Assembly: GCA_963849325.1 (NCBI GenBank)
Contig: CAWKHF010000006.1
Span: 224,001 to 288,000 of the forward strand
DNA length: 64,000 nt
Source: an uncultured Planctomycetota bacterium
Lineage (GTDB): Bacteria > Planctomycetota > Planctomycetia > Gemmatales > Gemmataceae
Direction: 5' to 3'
The notes beneath the pieces are model-generated. The model saw only the letters and a list, made by a program, of their open reading frames with translations. It did no database searches and was not told the DNA's origin. Below, one piece after another: positions 27,606 through 40,062 of the stretch. Made by a program: the position numbers and the translations under genes. Numbering within the stretch: the stretch's first letter is position 1; each line of letters begins with the position of its first letter.

Positions 27606-29297
27606 GTGGCGACCCCTTCGTTGCATCCGCTGCTGCACTACCTTCGCCGTCTCGGCCAACCCCCCGGCGGCGACCGGGACGACGCGCAATTGCTGCGTCG
27701 CTTCCTGGCCGACCGCGACGAATCGGCCTTCACGATGATCGTGCAGCGTTATGGAGCGATGGTCTGGGGTCTGTGCGTGCGCCGCCTGGGCGAGACGCCG
27801 GAAGCCGAAGACGCCTTTCAGGCGACCTTCCTCGTCCTGGTCCGCAAGGCGTCCTCGCTGCGCGGTCCCGAATTGCTTGGACCCTGGCTCTACGGCGTCG
27901 CCTACCGCACCGCCCTCAAAGTCCGTGGGCAACGAGCGCGGCGGGCGGCGCGCGAAACGCCTTTACCGGAGCAGCTCGCTGAGAAGCCGTCGGAGCACCT
28001 TTGGCGCGACCTGCGGCCGGTGATTGATGAGGAAGTGAATCGGCTGCCGGAGAAATATCGTCAGCCGGTGTTGCTGTGTTACCTGCAAGGGCTGAGCAGC
28101 GAGGAAGCGGCGCGTCGGCTGGGTTGTGCCAAGGGCACTATCTTCTCGCGGCTATCGCGGGCGCGCGATCTGCTGCGCCGGCGCCTGGCCCGGCGTGGAG
28201 TGAGCGTGTCGGCCGGAGCGCTGGCGGCGGTGCTGACCGAGAAGGCCGTCGTTCGAGCGGCGCCTGTGGCGTTGTGTGAAACCACCATCCGTATGAGTCT
28301 GGCGCTGGTGACGGGGCAAACTCTGTCCGTCCCGCTTGCCGCGCTGGTTGAAGGAGTGTTGCGAAGCATGTTCCTCAACAAAGTGAAGTTCGTTGTTATC
28401 GTCCTGCTGGCTCTCGGCCTCGTCGGTTCGGGGGCGGGGTTCGTGGCGCATCAAACGGCCGCGGGTCCACCGACGCCCAAACGTGCCGCCACGCCGAATT
28501 TACGGGCTGGCGTGGCGGACCAGCCGAAAGAGAAGACTTCTCCGTCCAAACGGAAAGCCGATCGGCCCAAAATCGAGGCGGCGAATGACCCCTCCGCGCT
28601 CGTCGCCCCATCGCTGGCCCCCATCCGTCTGAAAGAGTGGCGGGACAAACTGATCCAGCCCTTTCACTTCGATCCGAACGTGGATCCCGATTTGACGTTG
28701 GAAGAATTCCTCGACAGACTCTCCAAGCGTCTCGGTATAAACTTTGAATTCAATTGGAGGGCATTTCAGGAGGAGGAAGCCGATGTGAAGCTGGATACAC
28801 CTGTTAGAATCAAGGCGATCCTGGCGATGAAAAACGACACCAGCTTGGCCACGGTGTTGCGGATCGTCTTGGCGGGCCTGCCCTGTGAGTCCGGCGCGGT
28901 ATACGTCTTGCGGACGGACAGCGTGGAAATCACCACGCGGGAGGCCCTGCGCACCGAACTACGGATTCCGGAAACCCGTCCGCTGCTGCCGCTGGTGTGG
29001 GACGTGTTGGAGGACACGCCCATTAGCAAGGCCCTGGCAAAAGTGACGGAGACGACGAGCTTCAACGTGATTGTGGATCCGCACGTCAAGGATCATGTGC
29101 AGGACCAAGTGAGCGTGCAATTCAACAACGTGCCGGTCGATACCGCCGTGCGGCTCTTGGCGAACATGGCCGGTCTGAGCGTGGTCTGGCTGGATAATGT
29201 GTTTTTCGTGACTTCGGCGGATAACGCCAAACGTCTGCGCGAGGAACAGGCGCGGGCCAACATGGATGTGCCGTCCGGCACGAAACTCGCGAAATGA
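27606..29297 (+). CDS. ECF sigma-70 factor with TM segment and C-terminal extension
   Basis: AEDAFQATFLVL, PWLYGVAYR, LPEKYRQPVLLCYLQG, GTIFSRLSRAR. Confidence 0.92.
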   Translation: MATPSLHPLLHYLRRLGQPPGGDRDDAQLLRRFLADRDESAFTMIVQRYGAMVWGLCVRRLGETPEAEDAFQATFLVLVRKASSLRGPELLGPWLYGVAYRTALKVRGQRARRAARETPLPEQLAEKPSEHLWRDLRPVIDEEVNRLPEKYRQPVLLCYLQGLSSEEAARRLGCAKGTIFSRLSRARDLLRRRLARRGVSVSAGALAAVLTEKAVVRAAPVALCETTIRMSLALVTGQTLSVPLAALVEGVLRSMFLNKVKFVVIVLLALGLVGSGAGFVAHQTAAGPPTPKRAATPNLRAGVADQPKEKTSPSKRKADRPKIEAANDPSALVAPSLAPIRLKEWRDKLIQPFHFDPNVDPDLTLEEFLDRLSKRLGINFEFNWRAFQEEEADVKLDTPVRIKAILAMKNDTSLATVLRIVLAGLPCESGAVYVLRTDSVEITTREALRTELRIPETRPLLPLVWDVLEDTPISKALAKVTETTSFNVIVDPHVKDHVQDQVSVQFNNVPVDTAVRLLANMAGLSVVWLDNVFFVTSADNAKRLREEQARANMDVPSGTKLAK

Positions 29298-29319
29298 CGT
29301 GCGGAGGAGTCAACACAAG

Positions 29320-29391
29320 CCCGGAGCGTCCGCGACGGATTCGCCCTGTCGTGGACGCTCCGGGCTGGTCGATTGATGGGGAAATATCCCC
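29320..29391 (+). repeat. ~72-bp direct repeat downstream of ECF gene
   Basis: See 27449-27520. Confidence 0.8.
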
Positions 29392-29408
29392 CTGCGACGA
29401 AAGGCTAC

Positions 29409-30415
29409 TCAGGGCGTGGTTCGCCGAGGTTCCTGCGACGCCACCGGCTTACCCTCGGGCGGCGGCTTGAGGCGAGTCAGCAGACTACGGCTCAGCGCCA
29501 GCAGATCGCCGACCGCGCCTGGTTTGAGCACCTGGAGGCTGGGCGGATCGTCGCCCAGGGGCGGCATGCACACGACGACGTTGGCGTTGCCGACCACCGT
29601 GAAGGAGTGGCCGTGCACCACCACGGCCGTCTGCTCGTCGATGCCCAGGCCCAGGCAGCGCGGATGCTGCGACAGTACGCCCAGCAAACGCTGCTGACGC
29701 TTGCGGTTCTCGAAGTGCTGATCGATCACCACGTCCGGCAGCAGGCCGAAGCCGGTGCCGACGCGCGCCTGCGGATTGCCGCCGGTAATCATGACGGCAC
29801 TCATGACGGAAGCGCCGGCGGAGGTGCCGCCGACGACGCCGCCGCGCTCCAGCAGCCGTCGTAGCTCGCGCTCGACGGCCGTGCCGCGGTAGGCGCCCGC
29901 CAGGCGCGACTGATCGCCGCCGCCCAGCCACGCCGCCGTCGCCTCGGTCAACGGCTTGACGAACGCCGGGTCGTTGGCCTGCTTCGGATCGAGCGTGTGC
30001 AGCATGTCCACCGACTCCAGACCCTGCCGCTTCCAGTAAGCGTAACTCCGGTACGTGCGGGTTTGGTCGGCCCATTCGCTGGCCGTGGGAATGACGACCA
30101 GCTTGCCCTTCTTGCCGCCCGCCAAATCCAGGAAGCGATCGCGGATGGTGTCGGGCATGTCGCCGCCGCCGACGATGACCAGGGCGCCGGCGGTTTGGCG
30201 TTGGCCAGACGCGGCGGCGTGTCACCCTTCGGTTCGCCGAACGCTGTCGTCGGCAGCAGGCCCAGCAGGATGCCGGCCAGCGATGCCGCCAGCGGTCGCC
30301 GGCCGACAGGGGCAAGTTTGAGAAAACGAGACGAGAGGACGACTCTGTTTCCGTCGAAATTCGGTCGCAGCACAGCAACCTCCGCAACTCTGGGGAGGAC
30401 GAACGTCCGTGTCAA
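29409..30415 (-). CDS. Cyanophycinase-like S51 peptidase, frameshift near 30190; start uncertain
   Basis: LVIVGGG, IPTAS, GGGDQ, GGTSAGA, DQHF, GLGIDE. Confidence 0.85.
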
Positions 30416-30608
30416 ATCCGCGGGGGAGAGCCCCGCACAGGTTGGGAGAGAGAGCGACGCTCTCGGGGGGCCTCCTGGCCCTCATAGTCAAACCTTACCA
30501 TATTTTGTTTCTCCCGGGCTACCCGGATTGCCCAGAAGGGGACGCGGTAACGACCATTCCTCCTTGCGATCCTCCTCCCGTCCGATACAATCGCGCCTGG
30601 AAGTCGAT

Positions 30609-30671
30609 TGGCGAGCGGGGGCGTCAGCCCCCTGTTGCGTCCAACAGGGGGCTGACGCCCCCCGCTCGCCA
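30609..30671. repeat. REP palindrome family C
   Basis: Same arms as 24184. Confidence 0.85.
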
Positions 30672-30711
30672 GATACCGTCGTGCTCCTAACATCCAAGTC
30701 GGAGGGACATT

Positions 30712-32771
30712 GTGACCATTCGTCGCTGCGCTGCTTCTGCCCGGTTCGCTGCTGCTGCTCGTCGCCGTGTCCGCTCCCGGCGAATCGCCCACGTCCCGGC
30801 AGCCGCGCTTCTGGCGCGGCATCGACGTGGCCGGCATGGACCCGGCCCGCAAACCCTGGGAGGACTTCTACCAGTACGCCAACGGCAAGTGGATCGCCGA
30901 AACCGACATCCCCTCGGATCGTCCTTCCGTCTACGTCTTCACGCTGCTGGCCAAGCGCAACCGCGAGGTGCTGCGCAAGATCCTCGACGAGGCCGCCGAC
31001 GATCGCAACGCCCCCAAGGACAGCATCCGACACAAGGTCGGCGCCTTCTATCGCAGCGGCATGGACGAGAAGATGATCGAGGAGCAGGGCGTCAAGCCGC
31101 TGCGCGCCGAGTTCGAGCGCCTCGCCGCGATCAAGAACGTCGGCCGACGTCCTGCCGGCGCTGGCGCGGCTGCATACGCGCCGCGCCTTCGCCGCCTTCG
31201 ATTTCGCTTCGACGCCCGACTTGAAGGACAGTCGCCGCGTCATCGCCGAGTTCTCGCAGGGCGGACTGAGCCTGCCCGACCGCGATTATTACCTCAAGGA
31301 CGACGACAAGCTGAAAGCCATCCGCGCCGAGTACCAGAAGCACGTGACGAAGATGTTCGTCCTGCTGGGCGACAAGGAGGAGGACGCCGCCCGCGCGGCC
31401 AAGACGGTGCTCGCCTTCGAGACGCGCCTGGCGAAAGCCTCGCGGGCGCGGGCCGAGCTGCGCGATCCGCAGCGCAACTATCACCTGATGAGCGTCGCCG
31501 ACATGGCGAAGGAGACGCCCGGCGTCTCGTGGCAGCCGTACTTCGACGGGCTGGGGTTGAAGGACCTGAAGGAGTTGACCGTCGCTCAGCCGGCGTTTCT
31601 GCAGGAGATCGGTAAGCTCCTCGCCTCGGCCTCGGTGGACGACTGGAAGACGTATCTCCGCTGGAAGCTGCTGCACGCTTACGCCGACAAGCTCAGCTCG
31701 CCCTTCGTCCAGGAGGATTTTCACTTCAAGGGCACCGTCCTGACCGGCACACCGCGAAACCTGCCGCGCTGGGAGCGCGTGGTGCAGTCCACCGACCACC
31801 TGCTCGGCGAGGCGCTGGGTCGGCTCTACGTCGAGAAGGCGTTTCCGCCGGAGGCCAAGAACAAGGCCGAGGCGCTGGTGGCCAACGTCAAGGACACGCT
31901 GCGCGAACGGCTGGCGGCGCTGGACTGGATGCAGCCGAAGACGCGCGAAGAGGCGCTGCACAAGCTGGACGCCATGGCCGTGAAGATCGGCTATCCGGCC
32001 AAGTGGCGCGACTACTCCGGTCTGCGCGTGGACCGCGATGTCTACGTCCTCAACGTCCTGGAAGCGAACGCTTTTCAGACGCGCTTCGACCTGGCCAAGA
32101 TCGGCAAGCCGGTGGACCGCACGCAATGGGAGATGACGCCGCCGACGGTCAACGCCTATTACAACCCGAACCTCAACGAGATCGTCTTCCCGGCCGGCAT
32201 TCTGCAACCGCCCTTCTTCGATGCCAGGGCCGACGACGCGGTCAATTACGGAGCGATGGGCATGGTCATCGGCCACGAGCTGACGCACGGCTTCGACGAC
32301 CAGGGCCGCAAGTTCGACGCCGACGGCAATCTGCGCGACTGGTGGACGGCGGAAGACGCCAAGACCTACAAGGAACGCGCCGCCCAGATCGCCGACCAGT
32401 ACGCGCGCTATGTCCCCATCGACGACCTGAAGATCAACGGCGAGATGACGCTGGGCGAGAACATCGCGGACCTCGGCGGTCTGAAAATCTCCTATCTCGC
32501 CTTCCAGAAGACGCTGCGGGGCAAGGCCGCGGAGGAGAAGATCGACGGTTTCACGCCCGGACAGCGTTTTTTCCTGTCCTACGCCATGCTGTGGCGCTGC
32601 GCCATTCGGCCGGAGTCACTGCGGCGGCAAGTGCGGACGGACTTCCATTCGCCGGCGCGCTTCCGCGTACTCGGCCCGCTGTACAACACGCCGGAGTTCT
32701 TCGAGGCGTTTCAGACGCCGCCCGACGCCGCTCGCAGTCACCTCAACCCCAGGCCGGTGCGGATCTGGTGA
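30712..32771 (+). CDS. M13 (neprilysin-family) metallopeptidase, frameshifted
   Basis: DFYQYANGKW, VNAYY, HELTHGFDDQG, ENIADLGG. Confidence 0.92.
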
Positions 32772-32827
32772 GCACAACTCAGCGAGCGGGGGGCGTCAGC
32801 CCCCTGAGAGATGCACAACTCAGCGAG

Positions 32828-32914
32828 CCGTTGACCAAGACCTTCTTTTCGTCGCGGTTCGGCATGGTCGCCGACCGCTTCGGCGTGTCGTGGATGCTTT
32901 ACGTCGCGCCTTGA
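32828..32914 (+). pseudogene. C-terminal remnant of a VOC/PhnB-family gene
   Basis: PLTKTFFSSRFGMVADRFGVSWML with no upstream body. Confidence 0.6.
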
Positions 32915-33104
32915 AGCTGGCACGCCTTCCTTCGGAGCCGGAAGCCCGTGAGCATCTCCCCCAGGCGGGGGATTTGTGCCCACCACGTCCCGCCGTATCC
33001 CGATCCCGGCTGGCAACGAATCCATTCCCATCATTCGCATTAGATCGAGAAGGGACAGGGACTTGCGCGACCGTAGCGCCGTCGGGGATCGTGGAGCGCG
33101 TCCC

Positions 33105-33120
33105 TGGCACAGCCGTTGCG
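33105..33120 (+). promoter_or_regulatory. Sigma54 -24/-12 promoter of transporter operon
   Basis: TGGCAC-AGCCG-TTGCG. Confidence 0.7.
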
Positions 33121-33167
33121 TTACAGGCTACCGCACGAGAAGTTCTCTTCGGTCATAAGGACTTCGT

Positions 33168-34412
33168 ATGACGACAGCGATTCATCCCCTTCACCCGTCC
33201 TTACGCATCGCTCCTGCCTGGCACGAACCGCGCGTATCCCTCCCGAGCCGAATCGGCCTCAACGCGGCCAACTTCTTTCTGGCCGAGGTCGTCGGCGTCG
33301 TGGTGCCGTTTTTGAGCAAGTACCTGGTGGAGCGCGGCTGGACGGACGGCCATGTCGGCCTGGCCATCGCCCTGGGCGGCCTGGGCGTCTTCCTCATGCA
33401 GACGCCGGCCGGCTTCCTGGTCGATCGCATCCGCAGTCGCCGCGGTCTGCTGGCGGGAGCCTCGTTGCTGTTGGGTCTGTGCTATGGCCTGCTGCCGCTG
33501 CTGCCGGCGCGAGGATCGTGTCTGTATCCGCTGTTGTTCGTCGCCGGCACCAGCCAGGCGTTCTTCGCGCCGCTGCTGGGAGCGCTGGCCCTGGGGTTGG
33601 CCGGACATGCCGGACTCCATCGACTGATCGGCGCCAACCAGGGTTGGAACCACGCCGGCAATCTCGCCGCCGCCCTGGTGGCCATCGTCCTGGTCGCCTG
33701 GCTGCCGGTGCAGTCAATCTTTTACGCCGTCGCCGTCGTGTCCGTCCTGGCCGCCGCCTCGGTGTTCCTCGTCCGGGCCGGCGAGGTGGACGAGGAACGA
33801 GCCTGCGGAGGGCACAACGATGGCCGACCCTCGGTCGGATTTTTCGCCTTGCTGCGCGACCGCCGCGTCGCCATTCTGTTCGTCGCTGTCGCCCTGTTTC
33901 ACCTGGCCAACGCCCCGGTGATGCCGCTGGTCGGCCTGTACGTCGCCCGGCTGGGCGGCACGAACACCCAGGTAGCCTGCGTCGTCCTGGTGGCCCAGGC
34001 GGTCATGGTGCCGGTGGCCTGGCTGGCCGGACGCCTCGGCGAGCGCTGGGGTCGCAAGCCCATCTTCGCCATCGGCTTCATCGTGCTGCCGGTGCGAATC
34101 GTGCTGTACGGGCTGACGGATTCGCCGTGGGCGCTGGTGGCCTTGCAAACGCTGGACGGCATCGGCGCCGGCATTTACGGCGTGGTCATCGTGTCGATGT
34201 GCGCCGACCTGACGCGCGGCACGGGGCGCTTCAACGCCCTGCAAGGGCTGATCGCCACCGCCCTGAGCGTCGGCGGCGTACTCGGCCCGTTTGTCGCCGG
34301 TTTCGTGGTCCAGTATCTCGGCTTCGTGGTGGCGTTTTCGACCTTCGCGGCCATCGCCGCCGTCGCCGCGTTGGTGTTCGTGCTGCTCATGCCGGAGACC
34401 CGGCCCGTTTAG
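33168..34412 (+). CDS. MFS transporter
   Basis: 12-TM pattern, GFLVDRI and GERWGRK motifs. Confidence 0.9.
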   Translation: MTTAIHPLHPSLRIAPAWHEPRVSLPSRIGLNAANFFLAEVVGVVVPFLSKYLVERGWTDGHVGLAIALGGLGVFLMQTPAGFLVDRIRSRRGLLAGASLLLGLCYGLLPLLPARGSCLYPLLFVAGTSQAFFAPLLGALALGLAGHAGLHRLIGANQGWNHAGNLAAALVAIVLVAWLPVQSIFYAVAVVSVLAAASVFLVRAGEVDEERACGGHNDGRPSVGFFALLRDRRVAILFVAVALFHLANAPVMPLVGLYVARLGGTNTQVACVVLVAQAVMVPVAWLAGRLGERWGRKPIFAIGFIVLPVRIVLYGLTDSPWALVALQTLDGIGAGIYGVVIVSMCADLTRGTGRFNALQGLIATALSVGGVLGPFVAGFVVQYLGFVVAFSTFAAIAAVAALVFVLLMPETRPV

Positions 34413-34459
34413 CCGCGACGCGCAGCGGAGCGCGCTCCGCTGCGCGTCGCGGCTAAACG
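34407..34459. repeat. REP palindrome family A (supplies MFS stop)
   Basis: GTTTAGCCGCGACGCGCAGCGGAGC arms. Confidence 0.85.
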
Positions 34460-34489
34460 ACAAACCCCGGAGCAGAGGAGGTTCCCTCG

Positions 34490-35770
34490 ATGGAAGGTCC
34501 ATCGATCGTTGGGCTGACGTCGCTCCTGTTCCTCCTGACCTATGCCGGCCTGGCGCTGGGCAAGGTGCCCGGCCTGCGCATGGATCGCGCCGGCATCGCC
34601 CTGGTCGGCGCCACCCTCATGCTCGTCACCGGCGTCCTGACCCTGCCGCAAGCGGTGGCCGCCGACTCCATCGATTACGAGACGCTCATCCTGCTTCTGG
34701 GCATGATGATCGTGGTCGGCTGTCTGCGTCTGTCCGGCTTCTTCCATCGCCTGGCCCATCGCTGCCTGGACCGCATCCGCACGCCGACCGGATTGCTGGC
34801 CGTGACCATCCTGCTCTCCGGCCTGCTGTCGGCCTTCCTGGTCAACGACATCGTTTGCCTGGCCCTGACGCCGTTGGTGCTGCACCTGGCCCGCCGCATG
34901 CGCTTCCCTCCGGTGCCGCACCTGATTGGCCTGGCGACGGCGGCCAACGTCGGCTCGGCCGGCACCATCACCGGCAATCCGCAAAACATGATTATCGGCA
35001 TCCAGTCGGCCATCTCCTATCAGCGCTTCGCCGCGCGGCTGTTTCCCATCGTCGTCCTCGGCCTCATCCTCAACTTCCTCGTCGTCGCCTTCGTCTACCG
35101 GCGCAGCCTGGCGACGCCGAAGATCGTCGGTGCCCTCGGTCTTACTCCCGGGTACAAGGATTTATCGCCGCGCAGCCGAGCGCACACCTGGCTGATGGGC
35201 AAGAGCGTGCTGGCCGCGCTGGCAGCCGTGACGCTGTTCTTCGTGCTGCCGAGCGATTACCTGCCGGTCATCGCCCTGGGAGCGGCCGCTTTCCTGCTCG
35301 TGGGCCGCATCGTCAATCCGGACAAAATCTATCGCCAAATCGACTGGAGCTTGCTGATCCTGTTCGCCGGCCTGTTCGTCGTCGTCCACGCCTTCAAGGT
35401 CCACGTCGTCCAGTTCTGGGGCATCGACCGTTGGACGTGGCTGCTGGCTCATCCGGTGGATCTGCTCAGCGTGGTGTCGGCCGCCCTGTCGAACCTGGTC
35501 AGCAACGTGCCGGCGGTGCTGTTGTTCGAGCCGATAATACGAGCCATGCCGGAGTCCAGCCGCGAAACAGCGTGGTTGGCGCTGGCCATGTCGAGCACGT
35601 TCGCCGGCAATCTGACCATGCTCGGCTCGGTGGCCAACCTCATCGTGGTCGAGAACGCCCGCCGCGAGGGCGTGGCGATTTCGTTCGCGGAGTATTGCAA
35701 GGTCGGCGTGCCGCTGACGCTGTTGACGCTGGCCGTCGGCGTCGCCTGGCTGATGTTTGTACCGTACTGA
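34490..35770 (+). CDS. ArsB/NhaD (CitMHS-like) anion transporter
   Basis: SAFLVND, GSAGTITGNPQN, SNLVSNVPA, GSVANLIV. Confidence 0.9.
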   Translation: MEGPSIVGLTSLLFLLTYAGLALGKVPGLRMDRAGIALVGATLMLVTGVLTLPQAVAADSIDYETLILLLGMMIVVGCLRLSGFFHRLAHRCLDRIRTPTGLLAVTILLSGLLSAFLVNDIVCLALTPLVLHLARRMRFPPVPHLIGLATAANVGSAGTITGNPQNMIIGIQSAISYQRFAARLFPIVVLGLILNFLVVAFVYRRSLATPKIVGALGLTPGYKDLSPRSRAHTWLMGKSVLAALAAVTLFFVLPSDYLPVIALGAAAFLLVGRIVNPDKIYRQIDWSLLILFAGLFVVVHAFKVHVVQFWGIDRWTWLLAHPVDLLSVVSAALSNLVSNVPAVLLFEPIIRAMPESSRETAWLALAMSSTFAGNLTMLGSVANLIVVENARREGVAISFAEYCKVGVPLTLLTLAVGVAWLMFVPY

Positions 35771-35776
35771 TTTTGT

Positions 35777-35837
35777 TTAGCCGCGACGCGCAGCGGAGCG
35801 CGGCAATCTCCCGCGCTCCGCTGCGCGTCGCGGCTAA
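35777..35837. repeat. REP palindrome family A
   Basis: Same arms. Confidence 0.85.
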
Positions 35838-35855
35838 CCGCAAGGACCACCCCTC

Positions 35856-37106
35856 ATGGACACACGCAACCGTATCGGACTTTACGGATCGTATTTCTTG
35901 TGTATGGCGGGCATCGGCTTCACACTGCCGTATCTGCCGCTGTATCTGCGCCAGCAAGGGTTGTCCGACCGGGCCATCGGCTTCGTCTGGACCTTGGCGG
36001 CGCTGGCGGGGCTTTTGCAATATCCTCTCGGCGTCTGGTCGGATCGCCTGCGGGCGCGCAAGCCGTTCCTGATCGTCGCCCTGGCGGTGCTGGCGGTCTC
36101 GACGTTTCTGCTGTGCGGGGCGCATGGGTCCGTCTGGCTGGGGTTGCTGGTGGTACTGTTCGCCGAAAACGGAGCGTGTCGGGCGACGGTGGAGAGCATG
36201 GCCGGCGCCGAGGCGGTGCATCTGGCCCCGCCGAGCCGAGTCGGGGCGGCGCTCGGCGCGCTGCGTTTCTGGCGGCCGATCGGTATCATGGCGGTGGCCC
36301 TGGCCGGCAGCGTCCTGGCCGATCAGTATGGACCCGGCTCGATCTTGCTGCCGCTGGGCATCGTCCAGGCGCTGGCGGTCGTCGCCGCCCTGCTCATCCA
36401 CGAGGAGTGGCGAGTGGTTAGTGGCGAGTGGCGAGGGAAAAAGACGCCTCTTCCCTCGCCACTCGCCACTAACCACTCGCCACTCCACAGAGGCGATGGC
36501 CGACTGTGGGCGTTCGTGGCCGCCATGATCCTGTTTCACACGGCGGCGGCGCCCGGCGGCGCCTACCTCGGACTGTTCCTCAAGCAAGACCTCGGGGCAG
36601 CGGACTATTTCCTGCCCTACGTGTTCATCGTCATGATGATCGCCTGGATGATGGTCGTCTGGCCGGCCGGTCGGCTGGCGGATCGCGTCGGCCGCAAGCC
36701 GTTGCTGCTGTTGGCCTGGTCGGCCATGACCCTGCGATTGGGCCTGGTCGCCGTGGTGCAAACGCCCGAGCAAGTCCTGTTCATCCAGGTGCTCGACGGG
36801 CTGGCTCAGGGGCTTTTCGGCGTGCTGGCGGCGGCGTGGGTGACGGATCGCTTCGCCGATCCGCGACGGGCCGGCGAGGCGCAGGTGCTGGTCGGTTCGT
36901 GCCTGGTGCTCGGCTCGGCGCTGGGGCCGCTGCTGGCCGGGCTGGTCGTCGAGTCGGTGGGCTATCGCGGCCTGTTCGGCCTGCTGTCGGCGACGGCGGG
37001 GACGGCCACGCTGATCGTGTTGGTCCTGGTGCCGGAAACGCTGCCGGTCGCGGACGCCGAGGCACGGACGACCCAGGCACGCTTGCTGCCGGCGGAGCGC
37101 GGCTGA
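35856..37106 (+). CDS. MFS transporter with in-frame palindromic insertion
   Basis: 12-TM pattern, GVWSDRL and GRLADRVGRK. Confidence 0.9.
   Translation: MDTRNRIGLYGSYFLCMAGIGFTLPYLPLYLRQQGLSDRAIGFVWTLAALAGLLQYPLGVWSDRLRARKPFLIVALAVLAVSTFLLCGAHGSVWLGLLVVLFAENGACRATVESMAGAEAVHLAPPSRVGAALGALRFWRPIGIMAVALAGSVLADQYGPGSILLPLGIVQALAVVAALLIHEEWRVVSGEWRGKKTPLPSPLATNHSPLHRGDGRLWAFVAAMILFHTAAAPGGAYLGLFLKQDLGAADYFLPYVFIVMMIAWMMVVWPAGRLADRVGRKPLLLLAWSAMTLRLGLVAVVQTPEQVLFIQVLDGLAQGLFGVLAAAWVTDRFADPRRAGEAQVLVGSCLVLGSALGPLLAGLVVESVGYRGLFGLLSATAGTATLIVLVLVPETLPVADAEARTTQARLLPAERG
36404..36486. repeat. Perfect 36-bp-arm palindrome of GAGTGGC heptamers inside MFS CDS
   Basis: 36404-36439 is the exact reverse complement of 36451-36486. 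Confidence 0.95.
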
Positions 37107-37128
37107 ACGCGGGGCGAGAGAATCGTTC

Positions 37129-38580
37129 ATGGCTGTGCGCTTCGGCCTTCGTTGGCAGATCGTCCTGGTCGTCGCCCTGTTCGTGGCGTCGCTGGCGGTG
37201 TTGCTGTCGAGCAGCCTGGCCGTCTTCTGGATGCCGGCCCGCGAAGTCCAACGGCAGAACGAGTTGACCGAGGCCATCCATCGCATGGCGACGGAGGCGG
37301 CCGGGCTGCTGGAGGACTTGCCGGAACCGCCGCCGCGGAAGCCGCCGCCGGACTGGCCCCGTCGCTTGACCGACATCACCAGCCGCGCCCTGCGCGACTG
37401 TCCGGGCGTGGAAGGCGGCTTTTACCTCGCCGGCGAATGGGGCCGGTTCGTCGGCCACGCCTTCCCCAGCGATCCGCACGCGCCGCCCGAACCGCCGGCT
37501 TCCCGGAGAAAAGACATCCTCCTCGTCCCAAGAAAGGTCATCCGAAAGGCCGCGAGCCGCTCCCGCCGGCACGCCCGATCCGCCGCCCAAGGAATACCCG
37601 TTCGTCCTGGCCCAGTGCCATGCCAGCCTGAGCCGAGACGCCGTGCCGGCCCTCGTGCAGATTTCCGTAATCGGGCCGAGTCGCGTCATGATCGTGACCG
37701 AGCGCGTCGGCGCGGCGCGGCCGGCCCGGATGGCCGCCTGGGTCATGATCCGCCTGACCAGTCCCGAGCAGCTCGCCGAGGACGCGCGGCGCTATCAGAC
37801 CTCGACCGGCCTGGCCCTGGCCGGCGTCGTCGTCGCGCTGATCTTAACGGCGAACCTCGGCCGCAACCTGCGGCAAGAGCGTCGGCAGCGCGAGCAGCTC
37901 CGCGAGGAGCTGCGCCGCTCCGAACACCTCGCCGTCCTGGGCAAGCTGCTGGCCGGCGTCGCCCACGAGGTACGCAATCCCCTGGCCGCCATCCGCTCGA
38001 CCGCCCAGCTGTATCAGCGTCTGCCGCCCGAGGCGCGCAATCCCTCGCGCCTGGACCCGATCCTGCACGGCGTCGATCGCCTCAACGACCTGGTGAGCCG
38101 GCTGCTGTTCTTCGCCCGCTCCGGCCACGAGGCGCGTCGGCCGGTCGATCTCAACGCCGATCGTGCGGGAGACGCTGGCGCTGGTGCGGGCCCAGGCGGA
38201 ATCGCAGCGGATTACTCTGCAGGAGGAGCTGGCCGAGGACGTACCAGCGGTGACGGCCTCGCCGCAGGCGCTGCAACAGGTCGTCCTCAACCTCGTGACC
38301 AACGCCGTGCAGGCCATGCCGGCCGGCGGCACCCTCTGTTGCCGCACGCGCCTCCTCGATGCTCCGCGCCGCGTCGAGCTGTCTGTCGCCGATACCGGGC
38401 CAGGCATCGCTCCGGCGGACCAGGTACACCTGTTCGAGCCGTTCTGGACGACGCGGCCGGAGGGCACCGGCCTGGGTCTGGCGCTGTGCCGCGAGATCGT
38501 GCAGCAGCACGGCGGACAAATCGAGTTGGATGCGGCAAGAGGGCTGGGGCGCCGTCTTCCGCGTGACGCTGCCCTTATAG
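37129..38580 (+). CDS. Sensor histidine kinase, frameshifted
   Basis: AHEVRNPL, NLVTNA, DTGPGI, FEPF, GTGLGL. Confidence 0.9.
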
Positions 38581-38585
38581 CCCTT

Positions 38586-38644
38586 GTTTAGCCGCGACGC
38601 GCAGCGGAGCGCGCCCCGCGCTCCGCTGCGCGTCGCGGCTAAAC
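38586..38644. repeat. REP palindrome family A
   Basis: Same arms. Confidence 0.85.
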
Positions 38645-38664
38645 GAAGAGGAGAGGAGGCCGCC

Positions 38665-40042
<1,378 letters not shown>

Positions 40043-40062
40043 GGCCAGCCCGTGATCGACGC

